A stretch of 64,000 nucleotides of DNA from positions 14,884 through 78,883 of IMG/VR virus record IMGVR_UViG_3300042478_002320. One strand, written 5' to 3'. The notes below the pieces were generated by a model. The model searched no databases. It saw only the letters and a program-made list of their open reading frames with translations, and was not told where the DNA came from. Of this stretch, positions 20,348-28,950 are shown piece by piece. This DNA comes from a virus. The translations under genes were made by a program, and so were the position numbers. Position 1 is the first letter of the stretch; each line of letters begins with the position of its first letter.

Positions 20348-21127
20348 ATGGAAAGTTTATTTAGTTCGTATAAACAAGCATTAAAACTTAAAGAATTAGG
20401 TTTTGATGAACCTTGTCTATATCAATATGTTAGAGATGCTGATAATAATGGGGAATTGATACCTATTATATCAGAAACAAATTACCCTATTGTTAGAGAT
20501 AATAATCAAGTTTTTATTTGTAGCGGAGGAGATTGTTTTGCAGCACCACTAAACTCACAAGCTTTTAGTTGGATTAGAGAGAACTATGGATTGTGTCATT
20601 TTATTAATTTTAGTGGAAAGAATTACTGTAGTGGGTGGGAAGATAGAGATTTCAATGAGTTTGGATATAAAATCTATAATACATATCAAGAAGCAGAATC
20701 TCAATGTTTAACTAAGTTACTAAAATTTGTGAAGAAGATTCAAAAAGAATCTTCAAAAAATATTGACATTGCAGATTCTGAAGATTTAGATTTTAATAAA
20801 CTAAATAGTACAGATAAGAATATTATTATTGATTCTAAACTTACCAAAAAGATAGATTTGACTAAAGATGAATTTCAATATCTATCAAATGATAAGAAAG
20901 CTGAGTATATTAATGACTTTTCTAAATCAGGATTTCATATGCAAAAGTGGTTGTGGAACCAAGCATCAGATAGTCAAAAATCTATGTATATACAATGTAG
21001 AATTGATAAGCAATACAAACTACAAGATTACGAATTCTATTACGCCTCAGAATCTCAGAAAGATACTTATATAGGTAATAGAATTAAGAATGGGTATAAT
21101 TGGAAGGAATCTTCTCAAACAATTTAG
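20348..21127 (+). CDS. phage protein of the 'ALELKELGFDEPC' family with C-terminal extension
   Basis: paralog of 22960-23301. Confidence 0.7.
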   Translation: MESLFSSYKQALKLKELGFDEPCLYQYVRDADNNGELIPIISETNYPIVRDNNQVFICSGGDCFAAPLNSQAFSWIRENYGLCHFINFSGKNYCSGWEDRDFNEFGYKIYNTYQEAESQCLTKLLKFVKKIQKESSKNIDIADSEDLDFNKLNSTDKNIIIDSKLTKKIDLTKDEFQYLSNDKKAEYINDFSKSGFHMQKWLWNQASDSQKSMYIQCRIDKQYKLQDYEFYYASESQKDTYIGNRIKNGYNWKESSQTI

Positions 21128-21135
21128 TACGGAAC

Positions 21136-21259
21136 AGTCAGGTGGTGGAATGGAAGACACTGAAAAACTGTAATGAGGTTTGCCAATCCTCACGTTAAAC
21201 AAAAAAGGTATCAGCGCAGAAGTGCGGAAGCATTGCAGGTTCAAATCCTGTCCTGACTA
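21136..21259 (+). ncRNA. tRNA-like RNA with expanded anticodon domain (possible intron-containing tRNA)
   Basis: acceptor AGTCAGG/CCTGACT, D-arm TGGTGGAATGGAAGACAC, T-arm GCAGG-TTCAAAT-CCTGT; about 50 nt insert where the anticodon loop should be. Confidence 0.75.
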
Positions 21260-21270
21260 CTAAAAACATA

Positions 21271-21302
21271 TTTGGAATTCTAAAAACTTTGTTCTATATT
21301 TG
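21271..21302 (+). promoter_or_regulatory. Bacteroidetes sigma-A promoter
   Basis: TTTG-N20-TATATTTG. Confidence 0.7.
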
Positions 21303-21334
21303 TAATATAGTTAACAGCAAAAAAAAACAAAAGT

Positions 21335-21721
21335 ATGGAAAATATTTTTAAAATTGCAAAATATGAAGCTACGGAAATCGGCTTCAACCATATTGGTTAT
21401 GACGATTACAAAATCACATATCATAAAGGTAAAAAATCACATCAAATCAGAATAGTTGTTGATGGTTTTATAACAAATCGAGTTATAAATTTAATTGATG
21501 GTAATTCGGGTTATAGAAATCAAATACTATCAGCAATTAGTGATGTCAAAAATGCTAAAATCGATTTAACGCAAAAACAATCCGAAAAAAATAAAGTAAC
21601 ATTACGTTACATTGAAACATTTTATAATAAACTAATTGTTAACAATGTTAAGAGCTATTTAATAGGAATTAGCAAAGAGGAAAGCAGAGACATACTAACG
21701 ATACATAAATTAATATCTTAA
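21335..21721 (+). CDS. hypothetical protein
   Basis: 128 aa ORF after a promoter. Confidence 0.7.
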   Translation: MENIFKIAKYEATEIGFNHIGYDDYKITYHKGKKSHQIRIVVDGFITNRVINLIDGNSGYRNQILSAISDVKNAKIDLTQKQSEKNKVTLRYIETFYNKLIVNNVKSYLIGISKEESRDILTIHKLIS

Positions 21722-21750
21722 AAAAAGCTACTAACAAAATTATATAAAAA

Positions 21751-22074
21751 ATGGTATTTCAAAAACTAAAAAGAGTGTGGTCTCATAATGATATGAACTA
21801 CATACCTAAATTCAGTGAAACTTTTCCTGAGTTAAACAAATTATCATACGAAGAAATGTGTGAGAGGTGGAAATCACTTGGAATTAAGTTTTACTCAGAA
21901 GAGAAAACAGAAATTAGTGTATGGATAAGATTTACATTACCTTTTGCATTTATCCTTTTTTTACTAATGTTTTTCTCTTTACCTTTAGTATTTATGATCA
22001 GAGGAAAATGGAGCTATCCTCATGGCAAAAATAATTTAATACTAAATTGGTTTCGTTCTTTAGGATTAGAGTGA
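21751..22074 (+). CDS. membrane protein
   Basis: 107 aa; one TM segment. Confidence 0.7.
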   Translation: MVFQKLKRVWSHNDMNYIPKFSETFPELNKLSYEEMCERWKSLGIKFYSEEKTEISVWIRFTLPFAFILFLLMFFSLPLVFMIRGKWSYPHGKNNLILNWFRSLGLE

Positions 22075-22090
22075 GTTGAAAATAATATAT

Positions 22091-22167
22091 GGTCAGGTGG
22101 GCGTAATGAGGAACGGTTCCGAGTCCATTTAATGGTTGCTTATCAGGTTCGAATCCTGCCCTGACTA
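22091..22167 (+). ncRNA. tRNA-like RNA with aberrant anticodon arm
   Basis: acceptor GGTCAGG/CCTGACT, T-arm CAGG-TTCGAAT-CCTG; central CCAT-TTA-ATGG hairpin is non-canonical. Confidence 0.7.
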
Positions 22168-22260
22168 CAAATGTGTTGTTCCCTTGAGAAAGGAATCTCG
22201 TAAGTTCAAAAAAAAAGTCCGTAATGTAACTCAACACAGAGGGGTTCTCTCCCTCAAAAT

Positions 22261-22375
22261 AGTCAGGTGGCGGAATGGTAACGCAGGGGAAACCCGAGGG
22301 GATGTCACAGATGAGTGTTAAGATGAGTTTGAATCTCAGCTTCTCCTATTACAGGTTCGAATCCTGTCCTGACTA
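22261..22375 (+). ncRNA. tRNA-like RNA with multi-hairpin insert replacing the anticodon loop
   Basis: acceptor AGTCAGG/CCTGACT, D-arm TGGCGGAATGGTAACGC, stem AGGGGAA/TTCTCCT enclosing hairpins, T-arm ACAGG-TTCGAAT-CCTGT. Confidence 0.75.
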
Positions 22376-22438
22376 CGCAAAAAACATAAGATGGAGTTTC
22401 CTTGCCTTGTAAAAGGTGGGTTTTAAAAATCTAAAGAC

Positions 22439-22511
22439 AGTCAGGTAGCTCAATGGTAGAGCGGGTGCGTAATAGTAGTTGCCGTAGCAGGTTCGATTCC
22501 TGTCCTGACCA
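22439..22511 (+). ncRNA. tRNA-like RNA with degenerate anticodon arm
   Basis: AGTCAGG/CCTGACC acceptor, canonical D-arm TAGCTCAATGGTAGAGC, T-arm GCAGG-TTCGATT-CCTGT; no clean 5 bp stem/7 nt loop anticodon arm. Confidence 0.75.
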
Positions 22512-22532
22512 CTAAACTAAAAACCAAAAATA

Positions 22533-22769
22533 ATGTTAGGAAAATTAATCATTGTTACACTTTATGTCTATGTATGTATTCCTCTTTCAAATGGAGGTAA
22601 GGAAGAGTATATAGAAAGGGCAGGAAGAGCCTCTTTTGAAGTACGAGGTACATTCACTAATACTGACTCTCTAATAATGGAGACTGTCAAAAAGTATGGA
22701 GTTGATCTCCAATATAACTCAGTTAAGACTGAGATAGAGACATTAAGGATTAAATGTGAATGTAATTAA
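22533..22769 (+). CDS. hypothetical protein
   Basis: 78 aa; hydrophobic N-terminus. Confidence 0.55.
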   Translation: MLGKLIIVTLYVYVCIPLSNGGKEEYIERAGRASFEVRGTFTNTDSLIMETVKKYGVDLQYNSVKTEIETLRIKCECN

Positions 22770-22786
22770 AAGTAATTATATTGTAT

Positions 22787-22914
22787 GGCAAGGTGGCGTG
22801 GCGGGAGGACGCAGGAGCACTATACGTTGGGTCGAGACTAACCTACTGAAAAGTAGTAATTTAAGAGATAAAAATGGGTTCTGTCTGTGGGTTCGAATCC
22901 CACCCTTGCTGCCA
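22787..22914 (+). ncRNA. tRNA-like RNA with multi-hairpin insert and encoded CCA
   Basis: GGCAAGG/CCTTGCT acceptor + GCCA, T-arm GTGGG-TTCGAAT-CCCAC; inserted hairpins GTTGGGTC-GA-GACTAAC and CTACT-GAAA-AGTAG. Confidence 0.75.
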
Positions 22915-22959
22915 TATAGTAATCAAAATCAAAATAAATGAACAAAAAAACATTAAATC

Positions 22960-23301
22960 ATGAAAAATGAATTCATTCCATACGAACAAGCGTTGGAACT
23001 AAAAGAACTTGGATTTGATGAACCCTGTTTTGGTAAATTTTACTATAGTCATTTAGAAATTGGAGGAAATTGGCGTAATGATGATTTTAAAGAAGACCCT
23101 GATATTTTTATTTCGGCACCACTATACCAACAAGTTTTTCGTTGGTTTAGAGAGAAGTATGGTGTTTATTTTCACCCACAAAAATTCGATGAAAGTAGAT
23201 GGTGGATTCAATGGGGTTATTGGAATAGTTCTGTTTTCGAAACCTATGAAGAGGCTGAACTTGAATGTGTTAACAAATTAATAGAAATAGCGAAACTATG
23301 A
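22960..23301 (+). CDS. phage protein of the 'ALELKELGFDEPC' family
   Basis: FIPYEQALELKELGFDEPC..APLYQQVFRWFREKY..TYEEAELEC. Confidence 0.75.
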   Translation: MKNEFIPYEQALELKELGFDEPCFGKFYYSHLEIGGNWRNDDFKEDPDIFISAPLYQQVFRWFREKYGVYFHPQKFDESRWWIQWGYWNSSVFETYEEAELECVNKLIEIAKL

Positions 23302-23509
23302 ACATAGAAATAAGTTGGAATCATTTAGGAGGCAGTTGGTGGTTTGAATTAGGCATAGGTTGTCAGACAACAGAATATCATCCCAATAAGAAAATGGTAT
23401 TTACGATATCTTTAGGTATTGCTACTATTTATGTTAGATGGTAAAATCACAACATATTTGAATAACGGTGATAATCACTGTAGAATACTAAAATTTCAGA
23501 CAAAAAACA

Positions 23510-23566
23510 TTAACATAACATTAACAAAATTAAAATTGACTATTTATAAAAAATAGATCATCTTTG
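23510..23566 (+). promoter_or_regulatory. TTAACA repeat operator plus Bacteroidetes-type promoter driving the DUF6745 operon
   Basis: TTAACA at 23510 and 23521; TTG at 23536; CATCTTTG at 23559. Confidence 0.6.
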
Positions 23567-23601
23567 CAGAGTCAAATTTTTTGAGTTACAAATCAACAAA
23601 C

Positions 23602-24555
23602 ATGAGTAAAATTGAAAAACTAACTCCTGAACAGGAGTCCAAATTAGAGTCTCACAGAGATAAGTGGTTGAGCAAGGTATTTAATTACGAATACTATAAT
23701 AACCATGATGCTGCTAAAACAGAAGTTTCTATTAAGAAACTTTACAAATTCTGCGGGTTGTCAGAACCTGAAGTAATGCTTTTAGACAGCCCGATGGCTT
23801 GTCAAGTAAAAGTCAATGAGTTATTAGGAAATGAAACTATGGTTTACGAACCGTTCTCATCCTACATCAACGTTGATGACATTTCTTGGCTATCCTTTTA
23901 CAGCTTTTTTATGGACAATTTTGATATCTTAGATGAGTTCAAAAAAGATTTCAACTTAATATCAGAATGTGTTGAGAACAGTTACCTTCAAATCCAAATG
24001 GATACTGTATGTTTAGTGTCTAAATATCCAAAGATAATAAACAGAAATGCCAACAAAGATTTACATTGTACAACAGGATACGCAATTGAGTTTGCAGATG
24101 GATATGGACAACACTATGTAAACGGAAGATTTATTGAAGAGTCTGTATTCAATGAATGTATGACCTTAGAGAATGCTACGATTTTATTTCATACTCAGAC
24201 TAATGAAGACATCAAAGCAGGAATTATTACAATAATCAAAGAGAATTTCGGTAACGAAGGTTTACTCAAGATGTTAGATGCTACTTTAGTTGATGAGAAG
24301 ACTATTAAGCATGAAAATGACTACGAGGAGATTGTTAGAATTTATAAGAGTAATAAATCTTATTCATTCTTACAGAATAGTAAAGGAGAGATGGATCAGC
24401 CATATGCATGGATTGAATTCACTTGTCCGAGTACTAAATCTACTTATCTTATTGACACCTGCCCAACTTTTTCGGATGCAGTAGAATGTGCCAAATGGCA
24501 TAGACCAAACAATGTACCAAGTAGCCTTAGTTATATTTGGAGTTCAGCAAATTAA
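23602..24555 (+). CDS. DUF6745-like protein lacking the internal QVW repeat region
   Basis: KLTPEQE...RDKW, LY..CGL..P..LDSP, SWLSFYSFF, LHC..GYAIEFADGY...NG, N.D/E motif, CPST..YL...P...AVE..W; ATG at 23602 preferred to the track's TTG. Confidence 0.75.
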   Translation: MSKIEKLTPEQESKLESHRDKWLSKVFNYEYYNNHDAAKTEVSIKKLYKFCGLSEPEVMLLDSPMACQVKVNELLGNETMVYEPFSSYINVDDISWLSFYSFFMDNFDILDEFKKDFNLISECVENSYLQIQMDTVCLVSKYPKIINRNANKDLHCTTGYAIEFADGYGQHYVNGRFIEESVFNECMTLENATILFHTQTNEDIKAGIITIIKENFGNEGLLKMLDATLVDEKTIKHENDYEEIVRIYKSNKSYSFLQNSKGEMDQPYAWIEFTCPSTKSTYLIDTCPTFSDAVECAKWHRPNNVPSSLSYIWSSAN

Positions 24556-24569
24556 AATTAAAAAAAATT

Positions 24570-24959
24570 ATGAAAAGTAAGTTAAATTTCGACAAGAAGT
24601 CCTTTCACCAAGGAGATGTTCAATTTTTCCAATTGAATAAACTACCGAAAGGCATTAAGAAGATTGAGAAGCAATTTATTGCTGCATCGGAAAGATCAGG
24701 AAGCTTTCATGCCCTATTCGGAAATTATGACATCTACGAATTTGAGGATGGAGGATTCGTAATCGATGCTCACGAAGAATGCATCTTGAATCATTCATTA
24801 CAATCAGAGCTAAGGGGTTTAGGCGTTAGTTTAGACAAAGCTATGATTACAGCTAAAAAAGACCATAGGCACACTGTTGTCCCTCCGGGTAAATACTTCG
24901 TTGGTATTCAAACAAGGTTTGATCCTTTAGAGAATGCAAAGAAGAATGTAACTGACTAA
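24570..24959 (+). CDS. conserved 'QGDV...H' phage protein, usual neighbour of DUF6745 genes
   Basis: HQGDV, ASERSGSFH, DHRHTVVPPGKY.V..Q.RFDP...VTD. Confidence 0.75.
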   Translation: MKSKLNFDKKSFHQGDVQFFQLNKLPKGIKKIEKQFIAASERSGSFHALFGNYDIYEFEDGGFVIDAHEECILNHSLQSELRGLGVSLDKAMITAKKDHRHTVVPPGKYFVGIQTRFDPLENAKKNVTD

Positions 24960-24986
24960 ATTTTAATTTGTTTGTTGTAAGTGTAA

Positions 24987-25018
24987 GGGGCATATATTGT
25001 ATTAACATATATGCTCCT
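24987..25018 (+). terminator. hairpin between the DUF6745 pair and the small-ORF array (attenuator or processing site)
   Basis: GGGGCATATAT/ATATATGCTCC stem without a strong U-tract. Confidence 0.4.
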
Positions 25019-25038
25019 TCACATAAAAGCACATAGTT

Positions 25039-25257
25039 ATGGAAAATATAAATGATATTCTATTATCGCATATTCATAAAGTTAGAGATAAGCTATATGT
25101 TATAATAGGCACTCCTCAATCAGATGGAAATTATTTTAATGATACCATTGAAACAGATTTAGATATAAATTCTGATAATTTTGATACTATGAGTAATCAA
25201 TTATGGGGAGATGTTGGTGATAATCTTAGGAGGTCTTTTCTCAAAAATACTAAATAG
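25039..25257 (+). CDS. array small ORF (divergent QVW-family)
   Basis: MENI...NQLWGDV. Confidence 0.6.
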   Translation: MENINDILLSHIHKVRDKLYVIIGTPQSDGNYFNDTIETDLDINSDNFDTMSNQLWGDVGDNLRRSFLKNTK

Positions 25258-25259
25258 TT

Positions 25260-25460
25260 ATGAAAAATTTGCGAGAGGACATTCACGAAATCTTAGTCTA
25301 CACCATTTTAAAAGAAATGTGGGAAGAATCTAATACTAAAATAGTATTCTTTAAGATAGTAGAAGTTGAATATCATATCAAAGATAAAGTATCAGATCAA
25401 TTATATCATAATATAGCTCTAAACCTAAGTGATGAAATCGATAAAAGATATAATCTTTAA
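25260..25460 (+). CDS. array small ORF
   Basis: MKNL...KVSDQL. Confidence 0.65.
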   Translation: MKNLREDIHEILVYTILKEMWEESNTKIVFFKIVEVEYHIKDKVSDQLYHNIALNLSDEIDKRYNL

Positions 25461-25680
25461 AAAATTAAGGAGTGGTATTATAGAGAATATTGATAATTCA
25501 TTGAATACAGATATTCTATCAGGAAGTGTAAAAGTTATCGTAATCATTACACTAATGCATAAAATTAAGGATGAGATGTGGATACACTATAGTATAGAAA
25601 TCCAAATTAATTCAGCATTAAATCGTGTTTTATATCCTCAAGGAAATCTTTTTAATCAATATCTACGAAAACCTGTATGA
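25429..25680 (+). CDS. array small ORF
   Basis: MKSI start; coupled to the next ORF via ATGA. Confidence 0.6.
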   Translation: MMKSIKDIIFKKLRSGIIENIDNSLNTDILSGSVKVIVIITLMHKIKDEMWIHYSIEIQINSALNRVLYPQGNLFNQYLRKPV

Positions 25681-25862
25681 ATAAAATAGAAGACTACAGT
25701 GATATTATATGTAAAAAATTTACTAATCCTATGAATGAGGCTTTAGTTAGTAGAGTATCAATTAAAGCTCAATCTTTAATTAGTTTCTATACATCTAAAC
25801 CTACTATGAATCAGATTTGGAGTCAACTGTTTTTTACGGTTAAGCAGAATGTAAAACTATGA
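25677..25862 (+). CDS. array small ORF
   Basis: NQIWSQL...VKQNVKL end. Confidence 0.7.
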   Translation: MNKIEDYSDIICKKFTNPMNEALVSRVSIKAQSLISFYTSKPTMNQIWSQLFFTVKQNVKL

Positions 25863-25866
25863 AAAT

Positions 25867-26094
25867 ATGAAAAACATAAGTAGTAGAATTAGAATTAGAT
25901 GTTATGAATCACTTCATAGTCTTATAAAAAAAATTGATAATAATGTAAAATCAAAAGCAAAAGACAAAGTGACTGATGATGTAGAGGTAGAAATTAACTC
26001 TCAGATATGGGAAAAATTGCTTGATGGATCTTTTCATGGAATAGCTAATGATTCCTATACTTTAAATCACAAAGTAAAAATTGACAATGACTAA
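25867..26094 (+). CDS. array small ORF
   Basis: MKNI...SQIWEK. Confidence 0.65.
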   Translation: MKNISSRIRIRCYESLHSLIKKIDNNVKSKAKDKVTDDVEVEINSQIWEKLLDGSFHGIANDSYTLNHKVKIDND

Positions 26095-26281
26095 AATTAT
26101 AAACGTTTCAAGTAAACTAAGTGAATTTACAAATAAAGTAATTCGAGACAAAGGAACAATACCTATCCGAAACAATGTTGCTTTACGTACATATGATAGA
26201 ACCTTAGTATATATGTGGGGTTATGTAAATTTCAATATGTCTGTAAGAAATAATATTAGGTGGTTTATAAACAAAGAATGA
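26087..26281 (+). CDS. array small ORF
   Basis: MTKIINV...MWGYV. Confidence 0.6.
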   Translation: MTKIINVSSKLSEFTNKVIRDKGTIPIRNNVALRTYDRTLVYMWGYVNFNMSVRNNIRWFINKE

Positions 26282-26285
26282 AGTT

Positions 26286-26489
26286 ATGAAAAATATAGGC
26301 GCACAATTAGCAAGTCACATAGATAGCAAAACTTATTCTTCACTTATTCATAATAAATTGAAGAATCATTCGAGTTCTATAATATGGGTACATATTTGGA
26401 ATGCTATAAGGAGTCCTATAGATAATGAAATATCATTAAGGATATGTGCAGAAATATTTCATAGAATACGAAAAGATATAGATTTATGA
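26286..26489 (+). CDS. array small ORF
   Basis: MKNI...IWVHIWN. Confidence 0.65.
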   Translation: MKNIGAQLASHIDSKTYSSLIHNKLKNHSSSIIWVHIWNAIRSPIDNEISLRICAEIFHRIRKDIDL

Positions 26490-26650
26490 TAAATATAGAG
26501 CATATCCTATGGGATAAAATACTTGAACATTTCTCAGATAACATACTTAATCAAGTACATTCTGAAGTTCAGACTTATATACAGAATGAGATAGGAAATC
26601 CATTGTGGACTCAAATAGATGATAGAATAGGAATAATTATGAAGTCATGA
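26486..26650 (+). CDS. array small ORF (54 aa, not in ORF track)
   Basis: MINIEHILWDKIL...NQVHSEV...LWTQI; ATGA overlaps at both ends. Confidence 0.7.
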   Translation: MINIEHILWDKILEHFSDNILNQVHSEVQTYIQNEIGNPLWTQIDDRIGIIMKS

Positions 26651-26847
26651 AAAGCGTAAGTAACAAGATATTAGATAGATTGTCTGAGATTGAACTAACT
26701 ACATTTTGGAATAAATCAGTTGAAATGACAAATTCTAAGGTATGGCATCAAGTGAGGATGAACCTAAAATCTCCTGTACAAAATGAACTAAATATTCAGC
26801 TATGGACTCAAATAGAACGTGCAGTAAAGAGAAAAGTTAGTTTATGA
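26647..26847 (+). CDS. array small ORF
   Basis: KVWHQV...QLWTQI. Confidence 0.7.
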   Translation: MKSVSNKILDRLSEIELTTFWNKSVEMTNSKVWHQVRMNLKSPVQNELNIQLWTQIERAVKRKVSL

Positions 26848-27029
26848 AAAATATTAGAGGTTATTTACGGATTCGTATATGGTATAAGAGGAACAACTTT
26901 AGTTCCATAGCACAAATTAAAGTCTTGAATACAGAAGAGAATGTAATAGGTCGTATTCTATGGGATCCTATAGTAGATCAAGTAGAGAGCCGGGTAAGTA
27001 GTCCATTAGAAATAAATATGAAATTATGA
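26844..27029 (+). CDS. array small ORF
   Basis: LWDPIVDQV...INMKL. Confidence 0.7.
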   Translation: MKNIRGYLRIRIWYKRNNFSSIAQIKVLNTEENVIGRILWDPIVDQVESRVSSPLEINMKL

Positions 27030-27032
27030 GTT

Positions 27033-27257
27033 ATGAATAGTGTAGATACTACAGTAATGCGTATAGTAAAAAATCAACTATTGTATAAGATACTTGATGC
27101 AGTAAAATATCGAGTAGATTATCAAGTAAAGAATGATGTAAAAGATGAGACAGTTAATAAAATATGGGATCAGATAGATAGTACATTATATTTTGAAGTA
27201 AAGGAACAATTAGGAAAACAAGTATACTTACATAATTCTGTAAAACAAAATATATAG
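27033..27257 (+). CDS. array small ORF
   Basis: KIWDQI...VKQNI. Confidence 0.7.
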   Translation: MNSVDTTVMRIVKNQLLYKILDAVKYRVDYQVKNDVKDETVNKIWDQIDSTLYFEVKEQLGKQVYLHNSVKQNI

Positions 27258-27259
27258 TT

Positions 27260-27445
27260 ATGAAAAATATTGAAAATGAGTTAGTAAAATTTGATCGTGA
27301 TACAATGTGGTTTATATTATATGGTAATTTACATTTTCGTATAATTAATCAAGTAACTAATCAAATTTTACATCCTATAGGAAATACTCAAAGACATATG
27401 TCTCCTGTCACAGATGTTATTAAAATGAAAATATCGTTTAAATAG
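27260..27445 (+). CDS. array small ORF
   Basis: MKNI...NQVTNQI. Confidence 0.65.
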   Translation: MKNIENELVKFDRDTMWFILYGNLHFRIINQVTNQILHPIGNTQRHMSPVTDVIKMKISFK

Positions 27446-27480
27446 CCGATACGTAACAGAACTCAAACAATCATTAAATT

Positions 27481-27690
27481 ATGAAAACTACTAACTTAAT
27501 AAATATCGATACATTGATGAGTAACCATATAATAGATAACTATAGTATGCTATTATATAAAAAATTAAAGGTATCTATGGATATGAGTTTCAAAAATCTC
27601 GATAAACTATGGAGACTCGAAGAGGAAATTGGCGCACAGCTCATAGTTCAGATACGGGATAGAGTTGTTGTAAATTTAAAAATAAAATAA
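27481..27690 (+). CDS. array small ORF
   Basis: KLW...QIRDRV..NLKI. Confidence 0.65.
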   Translation: MKTTNLINIDTLMSNHIIDNYSMLLYKKLKVSMDMSFKNLDKLWRLEEEIGAQLIVQIRDRVVVNLKIK

Positions 27691-27692
27691 AG

Positions 27693-27923
27693 ATGAATAA
27701 TGTAAGAGCTATAATACGAGATAAGATACCTCAAAAATTTAATTTAGAAACTATAACATCTAAATTTAGCACATCGGTAACTTCTACTGTAGAAGATTTT
27801 ACAATTATTCCAATATTTGGAAAATTAACTTTTAGAGTAAGTGTTACAGTAAAGACTGTATTACTCGATACTGTGGGTGGGAAAATAGTTGGGGAGCTGC
27901 TCCCAAAATTTTTTAAAGCATAA
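27693..27923 (+). CDS. array small ORF (divergent)
   Basis: MNNV start; V/I periodicity. Confidence 0.6.
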   Translation: MNNVRAIIRDKIPQKFNLETITSKFSTSVTSTVEDFTIIPIFGKLTFRVSVTVKTVLLDTVGGKIVGELLPKFFKA

Positions 27924-27935
27924 AAAACTAAAACT

Positions 27936-28133
27936 ATGCATAACGTAAAAGAAACTTTTAAGTCTAAAACAAAATTCTTCTACGAAAGGTTAAGTAAAAC
28001 TCTAAGACATAAAGCATCTGTTATTACGAGATTAACTGTAAAAATAAAATTTATTGATCTCATTTCTTCACCTGTATCTAAATTAAGTTCTGATACTGCT
28101 TTAAACTTAGAAAAAACTAATATAAAAGAATAG
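27936..28133 (+). CDS. array small ORF (divergent)
   Basis: MHNV...TNIKE. Confidence 0.6.
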   Translation: MHNVKETFKSKTKFFYERLSKTLRHKASVITRLTVKIKFIDLISSPVSKLSSDTALNLEKTNIKE

Positions 28134-28137
28134 TAAT

Positions 28138-28854
28138 ATGAATTCAGATATTATTAAAATACTTCTATCTGAAGAAGAGATTAAGTATATACTATCAAAA
28201 TCTATGTGTAGTATAAATATATCTCAATATAATCCTCTGAGATATAGAAAACCTATAACTCAATTAGATAGTTTATTTAGAGGATACTTAGGAGAATATG
28301 CTTTTTTTAAATATATGCTTGAAAAGGATATTACATTCTCTAAGATTAACTATAAAAAAGATGGAGAAAAGATAGATATGGACTTGTGTTACAAAGGTCT
28401 TAATGTCGAAATAAAAACATCTATGATTCCTGATATAGATGACTGTATGTATAAAACTATTAATACAAGAGACATAAAACTTATTAGAAGAGAGAATAGC
28501 AGTATCGAAGATTTGCAAGGAGATATTCATATACAGATATTATTTAATACAAAAAGACATGAACATGATGAATGGATTTTGAGTAAAGATTTCAATATAT
28601 CAAATCATGATGTAAACTCTTTGTATAAATTTCTAAACGCTGAAATGTATAGAGATTGCATAAATTTTGTGGGTTGGGTAGATAAGAAAACTTTAGTTCA
28701 GCATATAAACAAACTACCTGAAGAGGATAGATGTTGGTCATTCAGGAATTCAAAACATTCTATTTTTGAAAACTCAAAAAGATATTTTTGGAATTTTAAA
28801 ATAAAGGATTCCCATAAACCCTCTCTAATCATACCCTATTTAAAAAGTTTGTAA
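28138..28854 (+). CDS. PD-(D/E)xK restriction-endonuclease-like protein
   Basis: GYLGEYAF helix, DMDL, VEIKT catalytic motif, FVGWV. Confidence 0.6.
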   Translation: MNSDIIKILLSEEEIKYILSKSMCSINISQYNPLRYRKPITQLDSLFRGYLGEYAFFKYMLEKDITFSKINYKKDGEKIDMDLCYKGLNVEIKTSMIPDIDDCMYKTINTRDIKLIRRENSSIEDLQGDIHIQILFNTKRHEHDEWILSKDFNISNHDVNSLYKFLNAEMYRDCINFVGWVDKKTLVQHINKLPEEDRCWSFRNSKHSIFENSKRYFWNFKIKDSHKPSLIIPYLKSL

Positions 28855-28857
28855 ACA

Positions 28858-28913
28858 TTAACATAATTTTAACAAACACCTATTGATTTGCAAGAGAAGT
28901 ATTATTATCTTTG
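28858..28913 (+). promoter_or_regulatory. TTAACA repeat operator plus Bacteroidetes promoter (mid-array)
   Basis: TTAACA at 28858 and 28869; TTG at 28883; TATCTTTG at 28906. Confidence 0.7.
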
Positions 28914-28950
28914 CGATGTTAATTATTCTAAACCACATAATCACATTGCC

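Noticed and set aside
22172-22255. Theta/HDV-like or hammerhead ribozyme downstream of a tRNA-like RNA
   Set aside because: Could not build P2/J4-2 of the HDV fold or the CUGAnGA/GAAA hammerhead core by eye
21136-22914. tmRNA or specific amino-acid tRNA assignments
   Set aside because: No G3:U70 alanine identity or tag ORF, too short for tmRNA, and anticodons cannot be assigned reliably
22136-22941. ORFs 22136-22321, 22756-22941 and similar (21047, 21998) overlapping tRNA-like elements
   Set aside because: They overlap structured RNAs, have non-ATG or weak starts and show no protein-like features
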